Positions 13,052-26,085 of a stretch of 64,000 nt of DNA are shown here, in pieces. The notes beneath the pieces are model-generated. The model did not search any database and was not told where the DNA came from. It worked only from the letters and a program-made list of their open reading frames with translations. Source of the DNA: Octopus vulgaris (taxonomy: Eukaryota). The stretch lies in contig OX597815.1 in NCBI GenBank assembly GCA_951406725.2, positions 166,718,001-166,782,000 on the forward strand, written 5' to 3'. Made by a program: the position numbers and the translations under genes. How positions within the stretch are numbered: position 1 is the first letter of the stretch; every line of letters begins with the position of its first letter.

Positions 13052-16000
13052 GATGTCAAATGCAACTTATTTACTATTCCAATTCCATATTTTGGGAAGT
13101 TAGCACGAAGTTTTATTAATATGGCTAACTCTATGCCATATAAACAGTACTCTAGTGAAATAGGTAGAAGTGTTACACACGAAAAAACAAGAGGAAATAC
13201 TGAATAAGGGAGGCGGGAAATAGTGGTGAATAAATGTGGAGAAGATCACAAGACGGCACGCACGTGTTTGATAGTAGCAAAAGAAAATAGATTATAAACG
13301 AGAGTGGTAGCAGATTTGAAAAAGTTAAAGGGAAAAGATCAGAAGGAGAGAGGTCACATAGGAGATTATCATTAAGAGGGATGGCAATTTGAAAAGCATT
13401 TGAACAAAAAGTTATAAACATCACCACAATGCAGATATGGTAAGGAGAAGTAAGCTGACAAGGTAGAAGTAGAGTCAAAGTAGTGAGTGGCTTGAAATTG
13501 GAATTTGAAAGCCAGCTATGAGAGTACTGCTGGAGATGAAGGACAAGAGGTACATCTTTGAGCGGGAGCATTTAATGTGCTGAGATATAGTTACTGGAGA
13601 AAAAAGGCATTTTCTGATCAAAAAAGTTACACATAATTTTGTCATTTTTTTAAGGAAAGAAAGAGATGGAAAAGATAAGGGCAATAAAATAAGAGGCTCA
13701 GAGGGAGAAAGTTAGAATGGATAGCTAGTTGAAGCAGCAGAGCCGAGGGATAAAGATGGTAGTGAAAATCTGTCATGGGGTGGATGCATGTTGTACTACA
13801 GTACTTAGAGTATGTAAGTGGCCTTTGTATGTTGGCTCAGCGGAAAGTGATTCTTACATTTAGTTCTTAGGAAATTGCTTACTTTTAAGCCTCAACTTAA
13901 TTTTCAATACTGTTTCTTTGACCCATTTACTTACATAATATATTGCATTGTTTGAAAAATACATTTGGTTTGGCAAAGCTGCTGCTAAAATCATCAATGC
14001 AATATAGTTTATTGTAAACATATTGGCATTTTCTTCTTTATATAATCTGACTAAAGTATGTTTAATTCTTGTTATCTTACTCTATTTTTTTTTGGTCCCA
14101 GAGAATTCTTTCTTGCATTTGTTGATCGTGCTTGCATTTCAGAATCCATCTAAGTTTTCGACTAATCGTGACATTTTTTTACGTCTCAACTACGAAACAT
14201 TTCACACTGTAACGTTTTACACATTTCCATTTCAACTTTGCATCTGATTTCATTTTTAAGATGGGATTTAATTTCCATGAAGGATTCTTCTTTTTTTTTT
14301 TCTTTTTGTTTTGTTTTACTCGATGATGTGTCAGTTTTCTCTACCGAAGGAAGAATAAACTTCCAGTGAAGGAAAGTTGATAAATGCCCGAAACAAATCT
14401 CTTCTTCTCTAATCTCATTTTGTCATGTTCACTTATTCACGATAGTCAGACATACTGAGCTTTGTAACAAATCTCCAAGCCCTAAACATCACCAATGCTT
14501 TTCAAATTCCTAATATCAGTCAGCAAAAGGCAAGCAGTTTTCAAATGAGAACAACAAAAAAAAAAATCAATTCGTTCTTTTTGTTCTTCCTTATTTAACA
14601 TAAAACATACTTTACAGCATTGATTGCTTAAAAAGCAACATTTAGTTCAGAGCCACAAATTTGTAGGTGGGAAATGCAAAATTTTGAATCCATTCATAGT
14701 ACATAGTTAGTATTTGATGAACTCAACAGTTATGAAGAACAAAATGTAGAGTGAGTGAGACTAAATACTGAAAAGTGCTTTCTCATACATAACTATTTCT
14801 AAAATTCTGCTTCTTTCTTTACAAATCAAGATTTAAAAATTATTCCACCTGGGTACTCTTAAATTTTCTCTGTAAAGGGTCGGTAAAATAAATATTTATC
14901 ATTTACTGTAGTCTGGTGTTACTTTTGCTGTTGTTGTACTGCCTTTTCTTTTATCTCTTTAAATTGTAAAACGTCGGTGTATTTGGATTATTCTCTACTA
15001 AGTGTTCCTCAATATTATTTCTCTTTTAGTAGTAAGAACTTCACAACAAAAGGTAATTGTCTGACTTTTAATCTATTGTGCTTCACTTTCGCAAGTAATG
15101 ACCTTGGTAAGTTTTTAAAAGTCACAATATTTTATTTCTTGTAAATGTATTATTTTACTTTCTCCCAAATCACGAGGCTTTTCTGCTTAGTCAAATAAAT
15201 GCATATCGATTTCCTTACAGGAAAAGAGAGATGGATAAAATAAGAATCAATAACCGGCTGGAGTGACTTAAAAATTCGTACCTCACCACTTCAAAAATAT
15301 CTGCTGACATTTTGTATCAGGTTAGTCTCAGAACCGACTTCTGATGAAAAGGATTCCAGTCATAGTTATTCCATTTTCTCTTCAGACACGCCTAAGACTT
15401 ACTTCAATTTTTAGGACGGTTGATGCTATTTCTAGCCAGTCGAATAATCATGAAGATCTCTTGTTGGGCCATTATCGTGCTTGATAAACTTACCCAGTTT
15501 TAAAATTCCACAGTTATTCTCTTTCAATTCATCAACTAATCTAAATCAGCGCAAGCTTCCAAATGTACCTCTTCTAGCTTTAAAATGTCACAAAAGATTT
15601 CTCCTACTGGATTATAACTTCAGTATTTTGGAGTGAAACTCATAGAATTTTATTCTTTTTTATTTTCCCCAGGAGTTTCATAAATTAAAGACCATCAAAG
15701 CTGGGATTCAGTTTCGATTCTTATTGTAGGATATAATGAAATTAAAACAAAAGAAACTCAACATTTGGAATCGAAACATTTATAGAACAAGAGACAAACC
15801 ATTAGTAAGTTGCTGGTAAGCTAATGGCTGTTCTTGCAAGCTCAGTTGGAATTAACTGCTATAATATAATATTTAACTGCAATAATAGCACTGATATTCT
15901 TGAGAAAATCATTGCTTCATTTTTACCTCAATTCTAAAAAAATATTCTCTAGGCTGTAAAATTATGTAGAAATGAATTATCACTAGAATAGCCCTTTCTC

Positions 16001-16256
16001 CACTGACACTTTTTTGTATTTTTTTCGTAATTTCTTCCAGCACTTAGAAGACTTGTAAAGTTTCAATCCAAAAATGGAACATTCTATACTTATTTAATCT
16101 TTAAAAGAGTATCATCTTCAGAAATTTGAAATAAGAAAATAGAAAATTTTTTTTAAATCATTAAAAACTATTCTAAATTTATCTGGATGTATACCTTGCG
16201 AAATAAGTTAATAGGCGGAAACTGTGTGGAAGCCTGTTGTATACATACATAATTAC

Positions 16257-16451
<195 letters not shown>

Positions 16452-16486
16452 CAAATGAATAATAAAATACGATGGATAATTGTCAG

Positions 16487-16571
16487 CTCATTACAACTGT
16501 TTCTTACATAAGTTTTTAACAGAAGAATGAGAACATTATTCCATTATAAAAGACTGCAATCATCAGATGAG
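16487..16571 (-). ncRNA. Type I hammerhead ribozyme (core intact, long helix II)
   Basis: CUCAU-CUGAUGA-UUGCA...UGUAA-GAAA-CAGUU-GUA^AUGAG. Confidence 0.7.
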
Positions 16572-16942
16572 AAGTAATTTTACAAACAAAAGAATATCCC
16601 AAGAATACACCAGGGATGTGGCTGAAGTCTGTAGAGGCCAACTATGAAATCTGAGACTGACCAACTAGAGACTGATCTTTTCTTACTTCCCACTGCTCTA
16701 AGCCTGCTATAATAATATATGACCTACACCCCACAGTAGTTGACCTATGAACTAGTCTAGCAGACTCCTTTCTCACCCGGGTCGCTGACCTTAGATATCA
16801 TGTTACACACTTTCAAGAACTATATTCTTAAACTCAACGGCCAACTCAGTTGGTAAGTCTCCCATTTCATAGTTGGCCTCAACATACTTCAGCCACATCC
16901 CTGCTGTATTCTTGGGATATTCTTTTGTTCGTAAAACTACGT

Positions 16943-17027
16943 TTCATCAGATGATTGTGGTTTCTTGTAATGCAGTAAAATTTCTCATTCTTCAATTAAA
17001 AAATGTGTAAGAAACAGCTGTAATGAA
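16943..17027 (+). ncRNA. Type I hammerhead ribozyme with mutated core (CAGAUGA)
   Basis: UUCAU-CAGAUGA...UGUAA-GAAA-CAGCU-GUA^AUGAA, with palindromic ACAGCUGU helix III. Confidence 0.6.
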
Positions 17028-17341
17028 CTGACAATTACCTCATTTGATTATAATACACCAAGGGAATTTACAACTTCTCGGACACCATAGAGTATACCAA
17101 CAACGAACTATTCAAAGTAACGCATGATTTGGACCAACCCCTAGACGCTAAATGCTCATAGGGCTGGTTTCCTCTGTGTACACAATCGGAATATCCTATT
17201 TGATACTCACCAACCATAGGCCGGAATCACAGAGATTATCCAACCCTACCTGGTGCATATCTTTTCAAGTACCTGATTCTATCTGAATCTTTATTTTACT
17301 ATATATTTTATGTGTGTGTTTGTGTGTGTGTGGGTGTGTGT

Positions 17342-17373
<32 letters not shown>

Positions 17374-17380
17374 ATGTATG

Positions 17381-19000
17381 CATACATACCTCGGCTTAAG
17401 TCGTTTCGCCTTAAGTAGTTCTCGATTATACGTCGGTTTTCAAAAATAATATATGGAAAAAAATCAAGTTAAGTCAATATACTCGACTTTACATCTATCC
17501 GCCACAAATATTGGAATCATAAAATCACTAGAAAACCGTTAAAAGCACATAAAATCAGGTTACTGTACAATGAATACGAATAAAAGCATATAAAATTTTA
17601 TTAAAATACGTACAGTAAATGTTAAGATACACACCATAAAGTAGTGTAGGTTAGTGAGCGAAATCATGAAATCAGCTGTATTGTCTTATTTATCGGTCTT
17701 TTGGAGCTCATATTGCTCTGTAGTTTCAATATTTACCGTTAGGCGTCGTCGTCACTCGTGATTCCCGTGATTGTTTTGAATTCAGATTTGTTACATCAGT
17801 TTATTGGCTACTTACTCATTCTCATTCATTTGTGACTTTATTTTTTGTCCTCATAGCTCCTAACAAAGTTCATAGTGAAAGTGCTAAGCGTCATGCTATA
17901 ACGCTGGAAGATAAACTGGCTATGATAAAACGCCATGAAAATGATGAAAAAGTGATAGCAATTGCAGGATCTTTTGAGAAGAGTCGGACAATTATATCAA
18001 CGATTATACATAATAAGGACAATATTTTAGCACATATCAAATCTGAAGCCCCAGGGATGAAGAACACTGTCATCAATAAGAAAAGAGGTAAAGTCTTTGA
18101 AGAAATGGAAAGTTTTTTCTCTTTGGATTGTTAGGTTGGAGGAGGAGGATTTCACAAAATTATTTGAAAAAGACAAGCAGCCCCTGACCAACGAGGATTT
18201 GATAGAGCTTCATGAGCAGCAAAATAAAGAAGAAGAGGAAGATGAATCTGAGTCACGTCACTTGCCATTAAGAAAATGCAGCAAGCATTTGCGTATATCG
18301 AAAAAGCTCTTTCTACGTTCGAGGATATGGATCCAAATGCACAAAGCTTTTCCAAGATTATGGGGGCTTCTCACGAAGCTTTTGCTCCTTATAATGTAAT
18401 TCTTGAGGAAAAGAAGACAGTTCAATGAACTCTCAACCGGTTTTTTAAGAACATCGAACAGAGTTAGCTGTTGATGTTGCCAGTGTCAGTTGTTGATGTT
18501 GATGATTCACAACTTTCTATATCCGCGATGTAAACCACCTAATTGTATGTACGTATTGGTAAATTTAAAATAATTTAGTTTTTTTTTACTATTGCAAAAT
18601 AATAATAATTACTGAATTAGTTTATTTAAGCTTAAAAAAAAGCTTTTATTTTACCATGACTTATTTCATACTGCATTCGTAAATAAAGCGTCCGCGATGT
18701 ACTGTAAACACCGCCAAAATGTATTTGTAAATTTAGATAACTTGTTTTTTTACTGTATTAAAAAATAAAAATTATTTGTTTGTTATTTAAAATAGGTTTT
18801 TATTAATCATGTATTATTGAAAATGCATTCATAAATAAAGTACAGAACTGGGAATGGTTATTATCGGTTTAGCCTAGAGGCAAGTAAATTTGGCCTAGTC
18901 TAGCCAAGAGACAAGTTAATTCGACTTACGTCATTTTCCACTTAAGTCGTGAAGTCATGTCTCCTGGAACCAATTAACGACGTAGGATGAGGTATGCCAG
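17381..19000 (+). mobile_element. Tigger/pogo DNA transposon, internally deleted
   Basis: TIRs catacctcggcttaagtcg / cgacgtaggatgaggtatg in a TA context. The CENP-B/psq HTH KRHAITLEDKLAMIKRHE..SRTIISTIIHNKD is followed directly by the acidic C-terminus PLTNEDLIELHEQ; the DDE domain is absent. Confidence 0.85.
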
Positions 19001-19029
<29 letters not shown>

Positions 19030-19031
<2 letters not shown>

Positions 19032-19445
19032 GAGATAAAACTTATTTGGAAATGGATGCATGGTGTTATGGATAAACTTTCCAGGCGGGTACCGTACGAG
19101 TACTCAGTTTTTATCCGGGTTCAAGCTAACTTCATCGAGTAGTAGGGAGCACCTAGGATTACTTAGGGTGAGCAATCCCACTGTAATTCATCCGATAGGT
19201 AAATACTGGGTTTGCTTACTTGGGTTATGAATATTTTCGGGAGCGTAAATCGAAGACGATTACAATGAATACCGAAATGAGTACATCTGCATCTTTTGTA
19301 TTTTTTTTTTTTTTTTTTTTTACAGTTAATTATACAGCATAATTGCTTTAGATATGACCGACACGTGTTTCTGCTGCATAGAGAATTAGCAATTGTATTT
19401 GCATCTAGCTATTTACGACTATCTACTTTTATTCAAGGTCAGTCT
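19030..19445 (-). mobile_element. Probable Penelope-like/retrozyme remnant with degenerate hammerhead (19355-19441)
   Basis: Minus strand: UGACC-UUGAAUA...GAAA-CACGU-GUC^GGUCA. The element abuts (TA)n. Confidence 0.45.
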
Positions 19446-20079
19446 GCAGATGTGGTTTGAAGCGAACTGAGCGTACTTGTGCGTAGCTAACGCATTTTGC
19501 TAAGTTACTATAGTTTTAGAAAGAAAAAAGAAAGTGAGGGGGAGATTTAGAAACTTGATATGGCTATAAAAATTACTGTGTAGTTGACCTCATCCCGACC
19601 TTAGGTTTAAGTTCGAAATGAGAACCCAAGACATTTAAGTAGGTCAAAATGTATTTCTCGTTGGATTGTGAGTTTGTTATTATTCAATGTTTTGTAAAAC
19701 AGCTAGGTGCTAAATGAGATTAAATCAAATCAAATTAAATTCTACCAGATTAAATTAGATATATGTAGTATGAAGAGTTCATTTATGAGAGAAGTTTGAT
19801 AATTTCCTTGTGTAATCGAGTTTTAGATTACATGTAGTTTCTACGACCCATATGCGTTGTTATGATTTATAAAAAAAGATTGCTATTTGAAAGTTAAACT
19901 AGATAGTACTCAGACAACCTGTACACTCGGGCACCTCTTGTTTGTGTGCAAGATACTAACTTATACATCACTTGCATGAAAGTATTTCAAGGTCCTCCTA
20001 TATTCATGAAAAGTATTTCCAGTTTTTATCGCAACAATTGTGACTACAAAATTAAAAATAATATCGCAAATTCCAGTTT

Positions 20080-20530
20080 TGTTGACCCCCACCACCCCCG
20101 CTTGACAACCGGTGATGCTGTGTTTACGACCCTGTAACTTTGCAGTTTGGCAAAGACAGCGATAGAATCAGTACCAGGCTTAAAAAATAAGAACTGGGAT
20201 CGATCGGTCGACTAAAATTCTTCAAGTCTAATGACTGTAATAAATAAAAGGTAAACGATAAAAGATAAAGGTATGATATATATTATATATGTGTGTTTGT
20301 GTGTGCGTATTGTTGTTATTGTCTCCCCGCCACTTGCCAACCGGTGTTGGTTTGTTTACGTTCTGGCTATCAGGGATATAGCAAAAGGGATTGAGGGAAT
20401 AGTATCAGACATTAAAAAAATAATAAAATAAAATAGATAAAAACTAGAGCTGATTCGATCGATTAAATTCTGCAAAGCAGTGCCCCAGCATGGGCGCAAT
20501 TCAAAGACAGAAACAAGCAAAGGAATAAAG
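20080..20530 (+). mobile_element. Two tandem 3' halves of SINE family C
   Basis: cttgacaaccggtg...gatagaatcagtacc (20100) and cttgccaaccggtg...gcagtgccccagcatgg (20332). Confidence 0.75.
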
Positions 20531-21011
20531 GAAACAAAATATTCAAATAATTGTGTAAATTGTACCAAAGTTTAATATCTATGTGTTCAGTTGTTGTATA
20601 AGTATTTGCTCAGAAAATTGTCTTACAAACGAAAGATATACATTTTAGTAAACTAAATAACCTAGTTTTAAATGATAGTGTACTAAATAGTACAGAAAAT
20701 TGGTAATAGATAACTATATAAAATTACTATAGACAAGGATTAATAACGTTTTAATTACAACTCCTAAGTTTCAATATATCAGGCTGCCTTTGAAAACATA
20801 CTGTAATTGATCTAGACTTCAGTTATCTCTCCTTACTAAAAATAAAAAATTAAAGTAAATGAATAAAAAAAATAAAATAAATGAAATTAAGTTGACCCCC
20901 GCCAAATAAATATACAAAAAAAAAAAAGAAATGAATCCAAAAGTGTTCAGTGGGAACATGTACTCATTTATTCTTTTATTCTTTGTATATATGTATTTTT
21001 ATTGTCCAAAC

Positions 21012-21366
21012 CAGGGGTTCTCAATGGGGGTCTATACGGCCCCTGAGGATCCAAATACGATTTTTGAGGATCCATGCAACAAAATAGTAAGTTGGGGATC
21101 CACAATTGTATTTTAAGAGCACTTGAAAAAGTTTGCTTTAGATGTATGTATTGGTATGTATTAGAAGAAAGAGTTAGGTTCTTACTCAAATGTTTTACAT
21201 AGTTCAGCCGACACAAGTTAATGTGTGAAAAAGTAAAATAGGAATTTCGAAAGAAGTTTCGATAAGACTAGTTTCTAAACATAGATTGGCTATAGGGGTC
21301 CACCAGAAAAAAATAGAAATCAAAGGGGTTCATAAATAATTTTTTAAAAATGAGTGAGAACCTCTG
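21012..21366. mobile_element. hAT (Charlie-like) MITE
   Basis: TIRs caggggttctca / tgagaacctctg with 8-bp TSD gtccaaac (21004) / gtctaaac (21367). Confidence 0.85.
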
Positions 21367-21792
21367 GTCTAAACTTATTGATGAAGCTACTTAGGTGTGA
21401 TAAATCCCCTGATAGTGATGAGAGAGATCACCAAAAAATAATAAATAAATAGATAAAACTAGAGAGAAGAAAGAAAAAAATTAAAAGCATTGTAATGTTT
21501 CAAATCGAAATGTACTCAGATAGTTTAAGTAGGATCCACCCACCCGTACAAATTTAAAAGTTTGCTGGAAACGTGGGAAAGACATCGAGTATAAGTACAT
21601 GCTGTTATAGATTAATCCCGCAGCATTGTGTTTTTGAAGCCAAGCTTATTTGTAATATAGTTGTTTAAAGCAATAGAATTTACGAAACCTCGGTCAAGGG
21701 TTCCTCTTACTCTCTGTCTCTTTCTCTCTGTCTCTTTCTCTCTTTTCCCCCTCTCTCTTCCTCTCTCTCTTTCTCTCCCCCTACCCACTCAC

Positions 21793-22200
21793 CTGTCGTG
21801 TCATTTGTTCAATCACTTGACGACCGGATAACTCCTGAGGACATGAGATCGGATTTATCTAACAATGATAACAAACGACACGGGGGTCAATGAGACAATC
21901 AGAAAATCGTACGAGGGGATTTCTCCATTGTAATATATTTCTTTTCCGAAGGATTAACAAACGCAAATTCAAACTCCACCCACAATAGTTTGCGTTGCTG
22001 AAAGAAGCATGCTTACAACACCGATTGAGTTTTCTATTGAAAAAGGTCTCGCAGTGTCATTTGTCGACTTTCTAAAGGCTATGGCGTACACGCTGAACTT
22101 GGTTTTCAAGATTTGTTTATAATTATCATCGAATTATTTGCTGTTGGATCCATCACGAAGAGAATATCTGGGAAGCTTGGGAAACATAGAGTGATTTCTA
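21793..22200 (-). other. Possible non-coding (5'UTR-like) exon of a minus-strand gene
   Basis: Unique sequence ending in a consensus donor CAG|GTGAGT (plus strand actcac|ctg at 21787-21795). It is flanked by GA/CT tracts and all frames contain stops. The upstream limit is unknown. Confidence 0.3.
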
Positions 22201-22579
22201 GTTATTATTGATAGAACGCACAAAAGACTTGAGTTACATAAATATAGACACAGATACACGTTGGGTTGTATGTCTATTCGTGTGAATGTATGTGTGTGTG
22301 TGTGTAAATGTGTATGCGTGAGTGTGTGAGTATACGAGAGAGAGAGAGAGAGAGAGAGAGTGAGAGAAAGAAAGTGAGAGAAAAGCAAAGATAAAGCATA
22401 GAGAGGAAGATTGTGAAGAAATACATAACCATGAAGATTACGAGTATAATTGCACACACATACATACATATACACACTCACACATTCATACAGACATACA
22501 CACAAAAATACACACTCATATGTCTCCATACAAGCATATATGTGTGTGTATATATATATACACACACACACATATATAT

Positions 22580-22690
22580 CACGTGACAACGTGACCGACC
22601 AGGTGTTGCTGCACAACGCTGGTCACAATGCGCTTCGCATTGTTTTAGCCTTCAAATGACGCCACCCCGCTGGCTAAGCGAGCAGGCCAA
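22580..22690 (-). mobile_element. Isolated SINE-like 3' module with hairpin acaatgcg-ctt-cgcattgt
   Basis: GC-richer island between microsatellites with a perfect 8-bp stem. The family assignment is from recall only. Confidence 0.4.
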
Positions 22691-22751
22691 CACACACACA
22701 CACACACACACACAAAGACACACACAAAGACACACACACTTATATACATAT

Positions 22752-22786
<35 letters not shown>

Positions 22787-22788
22787 CA

Positions 22789-22848
<60 letters not shown>

Positions 22849-22931
22849 GGTCCCGGGTTGATTCGGGGTTAACCACAGTAAGTAAGGTACTCAATACATA
22901 GCAGAGTAAAATTAATTTATTATATAGAAGG

Positions 22932-22982
22932 AGCTTCTACAGGACTAGTACTGTTTCATTCAAGAGAAATCTTCAGGAAGCT
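22932..22982 (-). ncRNA. Type I hammerhead ribozyme
   Basis: Exact reverse complement of 24091-24141. Confidence 0.8.
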
Positions 22983-23425
22983 ATTTAACAAGAATTGTAT
23001 TAGCATTTATACATTTAGGCAGGTTTAAAGGAGTGGTGGTGGGGGACTTTTTGGGGGTAGGCATAGCGCAAAATATCATACTTGGGGGAGTGGTCAAGGA
23101 GTCAGTGGTAAGTTAGATGAAAGAATAGATAAATAAAAAAATAAAAAAATAAAAAATAAAAAATAAAAAAATAAAAAAATAAAAAAATAAAAAAAAAAAT
23201 AAAATAAAAAAAAAATAAAAAAAAATAAAAAAATAAAAAATATAAAAAATATAAAAAATATATATAAAAAAATATATATATAAAATATATATATATAAAA
23301 AAATATATATATAAAAAAAGGGGGGATAGAGTTATAGGTAAATAAGGAGATTCTCACTTATACCTATACACACATGTATACGTATCTACACACACATACA
23401 TACATACACATATATATACACACAC

Positions 23426-23476
<51 letters not shown>

Positions 23477-24090
23477 CACACATACATACATATCTACATA
23501 CACACATACATACACACGCCCACATATACAAATTTATACACATGCACATGCCTATACCTGTCTACACATACACACACGTATATATGCATACACTCACTCC
23601 CATGCATGCACGCATACACACATGTATATATATATATATATATATATATACCCACGACCACACATACATATATACACATAAAAATATATATTCATACGCA
23701 CATACACTCATGCACACACAACACACCTAGTTCCCTATATACACATATTTACACCTATATATACATACACCCACATACACCTATGTACACATATATATAA
23801 ATCTCCTTATTTACCCTTTTTTTATATATATATTTTTTTATATATATATTTTATATATATATTTTTTTATATATATTTTTTATATTTTTTATATTTTTTA
23901 TTTTTTTATTTTTTTTTTTATTTTTTTTTTATTTTTTTATTTATCTATTCTTTCATCTAACTTACCACTGACTCCTTGACCACTCCCCCAAGTATGATAT
24001 TTTGCGCTATGCCTACCCCCAAAAAGTCCCCCACCACCACTCCTTTAAACCTGCCTAAATGTATAAATGCTAATACAATTCTTGTTAAAT

Positions 24091-24141
24091 AGCTTCCTGA
24101 AGATTTCTCTTGAATGAAACAGTACTAGTCCTGTAGAAGCT
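24091..24141 (+). ncRNA. Type I hammerhead ribozyme
   Basis: AGCUUC-CUGAAGA-U(UUC-UCUU-GAA)U-GAAA-CAG-UACUAGUC-CU-GUA^GAAGCU. Helix I is 6 bp and predicted cleavage is after 24135. Confidence 0.8.
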
Positions 24142-24154
24142 CCTTCTATATAAT

Positions 24155-24196
<42 letters not shown>

Positions 24197-24691
24197 CATA
24201 TATATATATATAAGTATGTATGTATGTATGTATGTATGTATGTATGTATGTATGTATGTATGTATGTATGTACATATGCGCTCATGAATTTTCGAATGCG
24301 TCCTTGATATAGACGCACCTATGTACGAACACATAAGCATATCTGTACATTTCAATTTTTCTCATTGATGTTTGGAAGCTATCTAAATATATATTCAAAA
24401 GTTAAGATGTTTATAAATTCTTGCAGATTATAATTAGGACTATATTATCTAATGTATGTTTGCATTTTAAAAAAATCTGAGAGATTTGGTTAATATTTTC
24501 ACCTGTTTGTTTAATTATGTAAAGAGTTCCTCCTTATTTTCATATACACACGTATACTGTTTATATAAACATATCTACGTATATATAATTATAAAATGAA
24601 ACACGAGAGAATGCGTTTAAGATATTTAGTATCTTACGTACATTTCGTTAACATAAAGTGATCATTAGTTACATAGTCTATGTTACATAAT

Positions 24692-24936
24692 GAGGACCTA
24701 TTGTCAAATCGTCAGAGACGTAACTTTTATTCGTAACATTATTGGATTACTGGTAGAATTTACGATCGTACGATAAGAAATTCTGTCAAAATTATTCCTC
24801 AACTAGTTAACTAATTTACCAGTTAACTAACCGATCGATAAAGAAGATGATTAATTAACTGATTAATTAGTTAACTAGTTAAAAGAAGCGAAATAGAACC
24901 AGTGAGTGTGTTATTTATTGACAAAGGTAGGTCCTC
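24692..24936. mobile_element. Palindromic MITE-like element
   Basis: Terminal IR gaggaccta(---)ttgtcaa / ttgacaaaggtaggtcctc and an internal 80-nt hairpin at 24801-24880. Confidence 0.6.
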
Positions 24937-25621
24937 CAAGATACAAGTTATGGTTCAACATACGATTTCACATCGAGAATCTTATATGTAATATCTCTTT
25001 TACTCTTTTACTTGTTTCAGTCATTTGACTGCGGCCATGCTGGAGCACTGCCTTTTAGTCGAATGAATTGACCTTTTATATATATATATATATGCAACAT
25101 CTTCTTGCAAATCGTTGGCGGGATTCAAATCTCACATTTAACATTAGCATTGTTACTGATGAAGAAACCGAGAGGAGAATACATCAGACACGCGCGTATA
25201 CACACACATATTCAATAACGACTTTTAATTCGTATCAACTTTATAAGGAAGAAAAATTATATCTAACTGAAAGTTTTCCAGCATGTTTATTAACCTCATA
25301 CTGATAAATAAAAGATCACCTGGGTAGGATTAAAACTTATATCTGAAAAAAAAAGAGGATTTAATCAATGTACTCGAGTCAGCTGTCTCCACCGTTGCTA
25401 CTACCCTACCAACAGAATAAACGTTATTTTGATTATGCACTGGTTAACTTTCATAGCGATAGTTGCTACTTATTTTATTGATTTTTCAGATTGATACCGG
25501 TGAATATTCTCTGCAATACTTCAAAACAAGACCAAAGATCACAAGCTAAATTCTGTCAAGTATATATTTTTATTTATCTATCTGCTATATCTCTTTATAT
25601 ATTTGTGGATTTTATATTGTC

Positions 25622-25815
25622 TTTTCTACTCTTGGCTTAAGGCCTGAAATTTTAGGGGACGAAGCTAATCGATTTGATTTACCACAGGGTATAATTGGTA
25701 CTTATTTCATCGACCCCGAAAGGATGAAAGAAAAAGTCAACCCCAGAACGTAAAGACGGACGAGATGCCGCTAAGCCTTTTGTCCGGCGAGTTAAGATTC
25801 TAACAGCTCGCTGCC
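25622..25815 (-). mobile_element. SINE family M copy
   Basis: ggcctgaaatttt...atcgaccccgaaaggatgaaag...cagctcgc. Confidence 0.85.
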
Positions 25816-26085
25816 TATGTATAATGAAGAGCATGAATACACATACGCATTTAATAAAGAAGCTAAAACTAAGATATAAATATCGAGCGACGAAGAAAAT
25901 ATTAACTGTTCGTGTTCCATTGGGTTTAAAAGGCACTAATTTAAAAGATAATGAATAAAACCCTGAAGAAATTTCAGGAGTGTCTGTAGTTACAACTCAT
26001 ACGCAATATGCAACATCTGTATGCAGAATTTGAAAAGCGATATAAACATTAACCATTTATACATGAATTACTTAATAGTATGAAG

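Larger units (their letters stand above)
22846..24157. mobile_element. Young non-autonomous Penelope-like fold-back element (inverted arms 22916-23352 / 23800-24157)
   Basis: About 215 bp of unique arm sequence appears identical in reverse complement. There is a hammerhead in each arm, a ~70-bp extra tail on the left, (TA)n on both flanks, and a CA/TA low-complexity spacer. Confidence 0.8.

Noticed and set aside
13150-13860. Purine-rich segment with minus-strand ORFs, possible Penelope remnant
   Set aside because: No GIY-YIG or RT motif could be read with confidence.
25152-25185. CUGAUGA-A-GAAAC
   Set aside because: No helix II, helix III or cleavage triplet in register.
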